Positions 18,363-25,829 of a DNA stretch of 35,465 nucleotides are shown here, piece after piece. The position numbers and the translations under genes were made by a program. Source of the DNA: Acidobacteriota bacterium (GTDB lineage Bacteria > Acidobacteriota > Terriglobia > Terriglobales > Acidobacteriaceae); assembly GCA_021805265.1 (NCBI GenBank), contig JAJZFR010000271.1, positions 1 through 35,465 on the forward strand, given 5' to 3'. Numbering within the stretch: the first letter of the stretch is position 1; every line of letters starts with the position of its first letter. The notes beneath the pieces are model-generated. The model searched no databases. It was not told the DNA's origin and was given only the letters and a program-made list of their open reading frames with translations.

Positions 18363-18635
18363 TCAGTGGGAGGGCGGGACGTATTCGGCGGGCAGGGCTG
18401 CACCGTCGCCGAAGAAGAACTCTTCCATCTGTTCGACGAGGAAGGTCTGCGCCTGAGGGGTCCAGGGTTGGAGGCGGTATTCGTTGAGCAGCATCTTCTG
18501 GCGCTCGACCCACTCGGCCCATGCCTGGCGGGAGACGTTTTTGTAGATTTTCTGGCCGAACTCGGAGTCGAAGGGCGGCTCGTCGAGACCCTCCATCTCC
18601 TTTTTGTTGCGCGTGCAAAAGACCCTATGTTCCAT
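18363..18635 (-). CDS. yggX: Fe(II)-trafficking / oxidative damage protection protein
   Basis: RVFC...EGLDEPPF...GQKIYKNVSRQAWAEW...QKMLLNEYRL...FFFG. TACAAT -10 and AGGAG SD upstream. Confidence 0.95.
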   Translation of the reverse strand: MEHRVFCTRNKKEMEGLDEPPFDSEFGQKIYKNVSRQAWAEWVERQKMLLNEYRLQPWTPQAQTFLVEQMEEFFFGDGAALPAEYVPPSH

Positions 18636-18714
18636 GGTTGAGGCTCCTCACTTCATTGTATGGGATTGCGAGCGGGGCGAGCGAGGCTGAAAAGACTGGC
18701 CTACACTGGAGGTT

Positions 18715-19821
18715 ATGTCGACGACGGTTCGTTCTCATGCGAAAATCAATCTCGGCCTGGGGCTGGGCGGGCCGCGCGCGGACGGATTCCATGGTCTGGT
18801 GACGCTCTACCAGACGCTCGCGGCGCACGATCTGGTGACGGTATCGGCGCGGCGGCTGGCGGGTCAGGCGACCACGATACGGCTCACCTCGAATGACGGG
18901 CGAGTGCCGACCGACGAGCGGAATACGGCGTGGAAGATGGTTGCGCTGGCGCTCGGGTCGCTGGGCATCGCGGCCGAGGTAGCGATTCACATCGAGAAAC
19001 GGCTGCCGGTGCAGGGCGGGTTGGGAGCTGGGTCGGCGAACGCGGTGGCGGCGCTGGTGGGCCTGGAAGCCGAGCTTGCCCTGGAGGCCATGCCGGGCTG
19101 GTCGGCGGAGCGGCTGCGTCTGGCCGAGCGGGTGGGGTCGGATGTTCCGTTGTTTCTGGTGGGCGGGACGGTGCTGGGGCTGGATCGGGGTCAGCGGGTG
19201 ATGCCGGCGGAGGAGATCGAGCCGACCTGGTGTGCGGTGGCGACGCCGGAGATTGGCGTTTCGACGCCGCAGGCGTTTCGTGACTGGGATGCGCTTTGCG
19301 CGGACGAGCTTCGCGCGGGCGAAAGTCGCACGTGCGAAACTCGGGCGGCGGCTCGGGAAACGACTCAAGAATTGACCGAAGCGGCGGGCGAGGATAGACT
19401 TGAACAGTTGAGTCGTGTTCTGGCCAGCGCTCTTTCGGGGGCGGCTTCCTTTGCGGGGTTGGATTCGCAGGAAGCAAGCGGGTGGACAGGCTCCTCCGGT
19501 GTCTTTGCCGTGGGCGAAGACCTGGCCGGACCAAAGGTGTCCGCGCTTGTCCGCACCGGGATTGGAAACGACTTTGAACGGGTCGTTTTTCCGCAATATC
19601 CCTTCCTGAGCGAGATCAAGCACGTACTTTTGTTCCCCGGTCAACCGGAGGCGGCTGTTTACGCGTCGCTGTCGGGGTCCGGTTCTTCGCTTTTTGGTCT
19701 TTACCGAGGCCAGAGAGACGCAGAAGCGGCCCGGGAGCGGTTGCGGGCGGCGGGGGTTGCGGGCTTTGTGACGCGCACCTTGCCGCGCCGGGATTACTGG
19801 CGGGAAATGCTTCAGAAATAA
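18715..19821 (+). CDS. ispE: 4-diphosphocytidyl-2-C-methyl-D-erythritol kinase
   Basis: AKINLGL, DGFH, IEKRLPVQGGLGAGSANA, GSDVPLF, VSTPQAF, NDFE, SLSGSGS; conserved ispE-tRNA-Gln-prs synteny. Confidence 0.96.
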   Translation: MSTTVRSHAKINLGLGLGGPRADGFHGLVTLYQTLAAHDLVTVSARRLAGQATTIRLTSNDGRVPTDERNTAWKMVALALGSLGIAAEVAIHIEKRLPVQGGLGAGSANAVAALVGLEAELALEAMPGWSAERLRLAERVGSDVPLFLVGGTVLGLDRGQRVMPAEEIEPTWCAVATPEIGVSTPQAFRDWDALCADELRAGESRTCETRAAARETTQELTEAAGEDRLEQLSRVLASALSGAASFAGLDSQEASGWTGSSGVFAVGEDLAGPKVSALVRTGIGNDFERVVFPQYPFLSEIKHVLLFPGQPEAAVYASLSGSGSSLFGLYRGQRDAEAARERLRAAGVAGFVTRTLPRRDYWREMLQK

Positions 19822-19826
19822 GCCAG

Positions 19827-19855
19827 TTGACAGTCGCGGGGGAGCGTGAAAGACT
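19827..19855 (+). promoter_or_regulatory. Sigma70-type promoter for tRNA-Gln-prs-rplY
   Basis: Perfect TTGACA (19827-19832), 17-nt spacer with extended TG, then AAGACT (19850-19855), 23 nt before the tRNA. Confidence 0.6.
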
Positions 19856-19878
19856 CGCCAGCGGTTGTCGAGCGAAGT

Positions 19879-19952
19879 TGGGCGATCGACTAACGGTAGG
19901 TCAAGTGCCTTTGACGCACTTTGTCCAGGTTCGAATCCTGGTCGCCCAGCCA
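19879..19952 (+). tRNA. tRNA-Gln(TTG)
   Basis: TGGGCGA/TCGCCCA acceptor stem; anticodon arm AGTGC-CTTTGAC-GCACT; T arm CCAGGTTCGAATCCTGG; ends GCCA. Confidence 0.97.
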
Positions 19953-20029
19953 GACCGCGCCCGAGCGAGCTGAACGGGACTGGAAACCGAGCACGAAACC
20001 GATGCCAACCAGCATGGGAGGAGATGCAA

Positions 20030-21109
20030 GTGATGAATGTGGACGAACAGGGAATAGCGGGGCAGGGAATAGCGGGGCAGGCAGTGGTCGAGGAAGCAGC
20101 GGACGGCGGCCAAAGGATGAAGGAAGTGAAGCTGGCCTCGGAGCGGAAGCGCAGCCGCGGACTGGGCGAAGACAAGAGCTTCAAGCTGTTCTCGGGGACG
20201 GCAAATCGCGCGCTGGCGGACGAGATTGCCGGGTTTGTCGGCGTGAAGGTGGGGGAAAGCAAGCTGCAGCGGTTTGCTGACGGCGAGGTTTACTTTCAAC
20301 TGCTCGAGAATGTCCGGGGGACGGATGTATTTCTGGTTCAGCCGACATGTTTTCCGGTGGACCAGCATTTGCTGGAGTTGCTGATCATGATTGACGCGTT
20401 GAAGCGGGCGTCGGCGGCGCGGATTACGGCGGTGGTTCCGTATTACGGATACGCACGGCAGGACAGAAAAGACCGTCCGAGGGTGGCGATCAGCGCGAAG
20501 TTGATTGCGGATCTGTTGACGACGGCGGGAGCGAATCGGGCGCTGTTTGTGGATTTGCATGCGGCGCAGATTCAGGGATTTTTCAATATTCCGGTGGACC
20601 ATCTGTTTGCCAGCCCGGTGCTGGTGAGTTACTTCCGGGAGTTGAACCTGCCCAATCTGACGGTGGTTTCGCCGGATGCGGGGGGCGTGGAGCGAGCCAG
20701 GTTTTTTGCGACGAAGATGGGCGCGCCGTTGGCGATTGTGGACAAGCGGCGGACGGATATGAATGTGGCGGAAGTGATGAACGTGATTGGCGATGTTCGC
20801 GGGCGGACGTGCCTGGTGATCGACGACATGGTGGATACGGCGGGGACGCTGGTGAAGACGGTGGATGCTCTGCTGGCCAATGGTGCGACGGCGGTATATG
20901 CCTGCGCAAGCCACGCTGTGTTGTCCGGGCCAGCGATTGATCGGATCGCCAACTCGCGCCTGGAGCAGTTGGTGGTGACGAATACGATCCCTCTGCGGGA
21001 AGCGGCGCAGAAGGTGGGGAAGATCAAGGTGCTTTCGATAGCGGGCCTGCTGGGCGCGGCGATCGAGAGCATTCACATGGAGACCAGCGTCAGTACGCTG
21101 TTTAGCTGA
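20030..21109 (+). CDS. prs: Ribose-phosphate pyrophosphokinase
   Basis: RFADGE, ENVRGTDVF, PYYGYARQDRK, DLHAAQIQGFF, VVSPDAGG, IDDMVDTAGT. Start GTG 20030 or ATG 20033 follows the GGAGGAG SD; the ORF-track extension runs through the tRNA. Confidence 0.96.
   Translation: MMNVDEQGIAGQGIAGQAVVEEAADGGQRMKEVKLASERKRSRGLGEDKSFKLFSGTANRALADEIAGFVGVKVGESKLQRFADGEVYFQLLENVRGTDVFLVQPTCFPVDQHLLELLIMIDALKRASAARITAVVPYYGYARQDRKDRPRVAISAKLIADLLTTAGANRALFVDLHAAQIQGFFNIPVDHLFASPVLVSYFRELNLPNLTVVSPDAGGVERARFFATKMGAPLAIVDKRRTDMNVAEVMNVIGDVRGRTCLVIDDMVDTAGTLVKTVDALLANGATAVYACASHAVLSGPAIDRIANSRLEQLVVTNTIPLREAAQKVGKIKVLSIAGLLGAAIESIHMETSVSTLFS
20048..20077 (+). repeat. 15-nt in-frame tandem duplication (QGIAG x2) in the Prs N-terminal extension
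   Basis: CAGGGAATAGCGGGG repeated twice. Confidence 0.9.
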
Positions 21110-21135
21110 GCGGGTCTGCCGGATGCGATTGAGGG

Positions 21136-21207
21136 CGGCGAAGAGAAGGCTCTTCGCTGCGAACAAAGTGACCTCGGCGAAGGGAAGCATCTTCGCCGCG
21201 AGCAAAG
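21136..21207 (+). repeat. Two tandem 33-nt hairpin-forming repeats in the prs-rplY spacer
   Basis: 21136-21168 and 21175-21207 are 28/33 identical; each contains GCGAAG...CTTCGC. Confidence 0.85.
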
Positions 21208-21282
21208 GGAGCGCAACCTGATCCGCGGGGAATTTACCGAGCGGACGCAGCGCGTGCCCGATCCAGAAAAGAGACGAGCGAA

Positions 21283-21933
21283 ATGGCAGAAGTGGTGATA
21301 GCAAAGCCCCGCGTGGGGAAGTTCAACAAGAATGCTGCGCGTCGTGTGCGTGTGGCGGGCAAGATTCCGGCGGTGGTGTATGGCGCCGGTCACGAGTCGG
21401 TAGCGGTCGAAGTGGACCCGAAGCAGATTCTGCGGATACTGCACTCGGAGAGCGGCCACAACACGATCTTCGATGTTGAGATTGCCGGTCAGGGCGCAGT
21501 GAAGGCGATGATTGTCGATTGGCAGTATGAGCCGATTCGCGATTCGCTGCTGCACATCGACCTGAAGCGGATTGCGCTGGACAAGACGATGCGCGTGAGC
21601 GTTCGAGTGAAGCTGATTGGCGTTCCGGTGGGCGTGAAAAGCTCTGGCGGGATACTGGACCAGGTGTTGCGCGAGGTGGGGATCGAGTGTCTTCCGGGCG
21701 CGATTCCTGGGCACATCGATGTGGACGTGACGGAGCTGGGGCTGCATGGAGTGCTTCGCGTTTCGGATCTGCCGCACACGGAAGGGATCAAGTTCCTGTC
21801 TGCGGAGGACGCGACGGTGGCGCACGTGGTCTCGATCCGCGCGGAAGCGGAGCCAGTGGCGGCAGTGGCGCCAGCGGCTGCGGAGCCTGAGGTAGCCAAG
21901 AAAGGCAAGCCAGCGCCCGAGGCCAAGAAGTAA
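21283..21933 (+). CDS. rplY: 50S ribosomal protein L25 (Ctc/TL5 long form)
   Basis: KNAARRVR..GKIPAVVYG, Q.EPI...LLHIDL, PVGVKSSGGIL, CLPGAIP. Confidence 0.97.
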   Translation: MAEVVIAKPRVGKFNKNAARRVRVAGKIPAVVYGAGHESVAVEVDPKQILRILHSESGHNTIFDVEIAGQGAVKAMIVDWQYEPIRDSLLHIDLKRIALDKTMRVSVRVKLIGVPVGVKSSGGILDQVLREVGIECLPGAIPGHIDVDVTELGLHGVLRVSDLPHTEGIKFLSAEDATVAHVVSIRAEAEPVAAVAPAAAEPEVAKKGKPAPEAKK

Positions 21934-21947
21934 GCGGGGAGGGTCCA

Positions 21948-22613
21948 GTGTCGGAAGCGAGCGAGCGGGCCGTCTCCAGTGTTGGGGAGAAATCTCAGGA
22001 GGCGGGACCGCTGGTGGTGGTGGGGCTGGGCAATCCCGGAATCGAGTACGTTTGGACGCCGCATAACGCGGGATATATGGCCATCGACCGCATCGCCAGT
22101 CAACAGGGCATAGCGGTCCAGAACAGGCGAGGCAAGGCATTGACCGGCGCGACGCGAATCGCGGGGCGCGAGGTGATCCTGGCCAAGCCGGAGACCTTCA
22201 TGAATCTGAGCGGGCTTTCGGTATCCGCTCTGATCCGGGAGTTTTCCAGTCGCGAGGGCGAGCGGCCAGCTTTGTTGGTGATCTACGACGAGTTGGACCT
22301 GGCGCTGGGCGCGATGAAGATCAAGGAGCGGGGATCAGCGGCGGGCCACAACGGGGCGCGCAGCATCACCGGCTCGCTGGGCACGGAGGAATGGCTGCGG
22401 ATACGCATCGGAGTGGGGCAGGTTGTGCCCGGCGAAGCGGCTGGGGCCGGACGGGTAGACCGCCGCGGCGGCAGGGATTATCTGCTGACGCCGATGCGGA
22501 AGTCGGAGTTGGCGGTTCTGGACGAGGTTCTGGACCGGGTTGCGCAGGCAGTCCGGCAGATTGTCGAGTCGGGTCCGGCGGCGGCGATGAACGAGTGGAA
22601 CCGCAGGGCGTGA
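21948..22613 (+). CDS. pth: Peptidyl-tRNA hydrolase
   Basis: VVGLGNPG, TPHNAG, KPETFMNLSG, YDELDL, GSAAGHNG, RIRIGVG. Confidence 0.96.
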   Translation: MSEASERAVSSVGEKSQEAGPLVVVGLGNPGIEYVWTPHNAGYMAIDRIASQQGIAVQNRRGKALTGATRIAGREVILAKPETFMNLSGLSVSALIREFSSREGERPALLVIYDELDLALGAMKIKERGSAAGHNGARSITGSLGTEEWLRIRIGVGQVVPGEAAGAGRVDRRGGRDYLLTPMRKSELAVLDEVLDRVAQAVRQIVESGPAAAMNEWNRRA

Positions 22614-22808
22614 GGTTGGCGCTGCGGGGGAACGGAACGAATGTCAGGGAATGCGAAGCCGAGCGAACCGGTTCGGACGCACTCCGGGTATGAATGGAAA
22701 GCAGTCAGGAACAGCAGCAGGGAACGGTTGTAAAAATCCGCCAAGGTCAGAGCGAGTGTGGACCGGCGGAGTGGCTGATCACGAAAGTTTCAGCAGAAAG
22801 AGTTAAAG

Positions 22809-23231
22809 ATGGAACGTGTGTATGAAGTAATGTTCATCGTTCGGCCGGATGTGGTCGATGAGGAATTGGACAAGCTGGTTGCCGGATTTGAAACCTCGGT
22901 GACCACGGGCGGCGGCGTGGTGAAGGCCAGCGAGCGGATGGGTCGTCGCAAGCTGGCCTACACGGTGCGCAAGTTCAACGACGGCATCTATGTGCTGTTG
23001 ACCATTGAGGCCAACGGCGCAGTGGTGGCGGAGCTGGAGCGTCGTCTGCGAGTGACCGAGCCGGTGATCAAGTTCATCACGGTGCGGATCGATGAGGAAG
23101 AGAAGCGCATCGCGAAGATCAAGGCGATCCGCAACAGCCGTCGCAAGCTGAGCGCCGAGCCGCAGCAGCACGCTCCCGCGCCTGTAGCGCCAGTCGTGGC
23201 AGTTGCCGCCGAAGAAGCGATCAGCGCCTAG
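22809..23231 (+). CDS. rpsF: 30S ribosomal protein S6
   Basis: YEVMFIVRPD, MGRRKLAY, G.YVL, ELERRLR...VIKFITVR. Confidence 0.97.
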   Translation: MERVYEVMFIVRPDVVDEELDKLVAGFETSVTTGGGVVKASERMGRRKLAYTVRKFNDGIYVLLTIEANGAVVAELERRLRVTEPVIKFITVRIDEEEKRIAKIKAIRNSRRKLSAEPQQHAPAPVAPVVAVAAEEAISA

Positions 23232-23375
23232 GCTGTCTGGCGGATGGCGCGAGATGTCAGGCGCCACGCGAGGCTGTTGCGATTTGCTCAGGGCGGCAGG
23301 GAACTGTTGCCGAGAGCCATCACCATCCCTCCGGAGGGTCCGAGGGATGCAACGGGAAAAGAAGAGGAACGAGCT

Positions 23376-23702
23376 ATGTCAGAAGAAGTACAGGTAAAAG
23401 CGCCGGAAAGCCCGGCATCGGGAGCGCCATCTGGCGGTGGACGTCCTGCGGGTCGCCCTGCGGGCGGACCTGGGGGTCGGGGAAAGTTTTTCCGTCGCAA
23501 GAAGGTGTGCAAGTTCTGCACGGAGAAGATTGACTCGGTTCCGTATCGGGATGTGCGTCTGTTGCAGGGCTTTGTTGCCGAGCGGGGCAAGATCGTTCCC
23601 CGTCGTTTGACGGGGGTCTGCACCACGCACCAGCGCAAGTTGACGCGAGCCATCAAGCAGGCGCGGAACATCGCCCTGTTGCCTTTTGCGGCGCGCCACT
23701 AG
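23376..23702 (+). CDS. rpsR: 30S ribosomal protein S18 (zinc-ribbon C+ type)
   Basis: RRKKVCKFC...[22 protein letters not shown]...[13 protein letters not shown]; ATG 23376 preceded by GAGGA. Confidence 0.97.
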   Translation: MSEEVQVKAPESPASGAPSGGGRPAGRPAGGPGGRGKFFRRKKVCKFCTEKIDSVPYRDVRLLQGFVAERGKIVPRRLTGVCTTHQRKLTRAIKQARNIALLPFAARH

Positions 23703-23918
23703 AGATTGCCGCTGGTTGTCGAATGACGGGATGGATTCGGTTTACGGGCGTTCATCACCCCGTAATCGGAGTCACGCAGGCTATAGGCAGACCAGCGGGT
23801 GAGGGTACTATAATCGCTCGCGGCGCAACCTCCTGCCGGTTGGCGTGTCTAACGGGAAGTACGGACACGACGGCCTGCCGGAGAAATCAGGCGTCGCTGG
23901 AACACTGGAGAGTTTCCA

Positions 23919-24407
23919 ATGGAAGTTATTCTGAAGGAAGACGTAGCCAATCTGGGCCACCGCGGAGACGTGGTAAAGGTTGCAGAGGGCTACGGTCGAA
24001 ATTTCCTGCTGCCGCGCAAGCTGGCGCTGCAGGCCACCGCATCGAACAAGTCAATCATCGAGCAGATGAAGGCAGCCGCAGCGCGTCGCTCGGCCTCGGA
24101 AAAGGCTGTGGCCGAAGCGCTGGCCAGCCAGCTTGGGCAAGTGGCGCTCAGCTTTACGCGCAAGTCGGGCGAGAACGGCCACCTGTTTGGCTCGGTGACC
24201 TCGGCCGACATTGCGCACGAACTGGCAGCCAGGGGCTTCGAGGTGGATCGTCGCAAGATCCAACTGGTCGAGCCGCTGAAGGCAGTCGGGGAGTTCACGG
24301 TAGCGATCAAGCTGTATCGTGAAGTCACTGCGCAGGTCAAGGTCGCCGTTGCCGCTGAGCAGAACTCGGACCTGAACGCCGAGCAGGAAGTGGAAGTGAG
24401 CGCCTGA
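23919..24407 (+). CDS. rplI: 50S ribosomal protein L9
   Basis: MEVILKEDVANLG..GDVVKVAEGYGRNFLLP, GHLFGSVT, VDRRKI. Confidence 0.98.
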   Translation: MEVILKEDVANLGHRGDVVKVAEGYGRNFLLPRKLALQATASNKSIIEQMKAAAARRSASEKAVAEALASQLGQVALSFTRKSGENGHLFGSVTSADIAHELAARGFEVDRRKIQLVEPLKAVGEFTVAIKLYREVTAQVKVAVAAEQNSDLNAEQEVEVSA

Positions 24408-24441
24408 GGCGACTCCCTGCTGAAACGGAAGACCAGGCAAA

Positions 24442-24532
24442 CCGGGAAAGACAAAGCCACTCGACATAGCGCAGACTGCGGGCACCCAATGCAGGCGCGC
24501 ACGGGTGGTTTTGTCTTTCTCGGCCCTTTTTT
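24442..24532 (+). terminator. Long stem-loop with T tract after rplI (probable intrinsic terminator)
   Basis: CCGGGAAAGACAAAGCCACTCG (24442-24463) pairs with CGGGTGGTTTTGTCTTTCTCGG (24502-24523) allowing G-U; followed by CCCTTTTTT. Confidence 0.65.
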
Positions 24533-24592
24533 CAATACAAGGAACGTGCCATGTATCTTTCTGACCATTCCTCGCGTCCTATCGAACAACCG

Positions 24593-25747
24593 ATGCGCCT
24601 ATTACATGTGATCCGAACGCTGCATCCCGATGCGGGTGGTCCGAGCGAGTCTGTGCGCATGTTTGCACTGGCCCAGCAGAGCGTGGGCAATGTGGTGGAA
24701 GTGGCTACGCTCGACGCGCCAGGCAGCGGATCGAATCTGGATGCGCTTCAGCATCGCATGCAGTGCCAGGTGCACGCTCTCGGTCCTGGGGCGGGGACGT
24801 ACGGCTTTTCTGCGCGGCTGGAGCCCTGGCTGGTGGCCAATCGCCACCGCTTCGACGGCGCAATCGTGGATGGGGTGTGGCAGTACCACGGAGTGGCAGC
24901 GCGGCGGGCCTTTGCCGGAAAACTGCCGTATGTGGTCTTCAGCCACGGCATGCTGGACCCCTATTTCATGCGCCGATTTCCGCTCAAGCATTTGAAGAAG
25001 CTGGCCTACTGGATGGTGGAAGAACGCCGCAATCTGAACCAGGCGAACGCGGTCTGCATGACCAGCCAGGAAGAGGTGCGGACGGCGGGGGAGGGATTTC
25101 CATTCTGCCGCTTCGAACGAGTGCTGGTGCCGTTTGGCTCGGCTGGCCCCGAGGGGGATCCGGCAGCGCAGCGGGAAGCGTTTCTGCGCGCCTGGCCGGA
25201 ACTGGCGGGGAAGCAGTTTCTCCTGTTTCTTGGGCGGATTCACCCCAAGAAAGGCTGCGACCTGCTGATCGAGGCCTTTGCCCGCGCGGCCGCGCCGGAG
25301 ATGCGCCTGGTAATGGCCGGGCCGGATGAGGTGGGCTGGACTGCGGAGTTGCGTTCGAAGGCCGAGCAGCTCGGGATCGCCGGACGCATCACCTGGACCG
25401 GGATGCTGCGCGGCGATGAAAAGTGGGGTTCGTTCTACGCCGCCGAGGCTTTCATTCTGCCTTCGCACCAGGAGAACTTTGGCATCGCCGTGGCTGACGC
25501 CATGGCCTGCGGTCTGGTGCCGCTGGTCAGCGACAAGGTGAATATCGCCGCCGAGATTGCCGGGGACGATGCCGGACTGATGGAAACCGATACGGTGGAA
25601 GGCACAGCGCGGCTGATCGCCCGCTTCCAGGCTATGAGCGAGGACGAGCGAGGCGAGATGCGCAGGGTCGCCAAAGCCTGCTACCAGCGCCGCTACTCCC
25701 TCGCCGACTCGCCCCATGCGGTGAATCGCGCGCTTGGCCTGGAGTAA
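24593..25747 (+). CDS. Glycosyltransferase family 4 (GT-B)
   Basis: MRLLHVI...GGP, HGMLDP, FLGRIHPKKG.DLLI, LPSHQENFGIAVADAMACG. ATG 24551 is an alternative start. Confidence 0.92.
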   Translation: MRLLHVIRTLHPDAGGPSESVRMFALAQQSVGNVVEVATLDAPGSGSNLDALQHRMQCQVHALGPGAGTYGFSARLEPWLVANRHRFDGAIVDGVWQYHGVAARRAFAGKLPYVVFSHGMLDPYFMRRFPLKHLKKLAYWMVEERRNLNQANAVCMTSQEEVRTAGEGFPFCRFERVLVPFGSAGPEGDPAAQREAFLRAWPELAGKQFLLFLGRIHPKKGCDLLIEAFARAAAPEMRLVMAGPDEVGWTAELRSKAEQLGIAGRITWTGMLRGDEKWGSFYAAEAFILPSHQENFGIAVADAMACGLVPLVSDKVNIAAEIAGDDAGLMETDTVEGTARLIARFQAMSEDERGEMRRVAKACYQRRYSLADSPHAVNRALGLE

Positions 25748-25829
25748 ACAAGCCGCGTCAGGAACCGGCAGTCAAGTCCGGCAATGGGCCTGGCAATACG
25801 TGTCGCAATCAGACATCCCAATCCCCCAA

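Noticed and set aside
19865-20029. N-terminal extension of Prs in the ORF track
   Set aside because: It reads through tRNA-Gln; a strong SD supports a start at 20030 or 20033.
21136-21207. Repeats as a mini CRISPR array
   Set aside because: Only two units with a 6-nt gap, no spacer-length sequence and no cas genes.
24436-24460. GGCAAACCGGGAAAGACAAAGCC resembling a c-di-GMP-I riboswitch
   Set aside because: It lacks the 3' strand of the GAAA-capped stem and the GGGACGCAAAGC segment; the bases instead form the long downstream hairpin.
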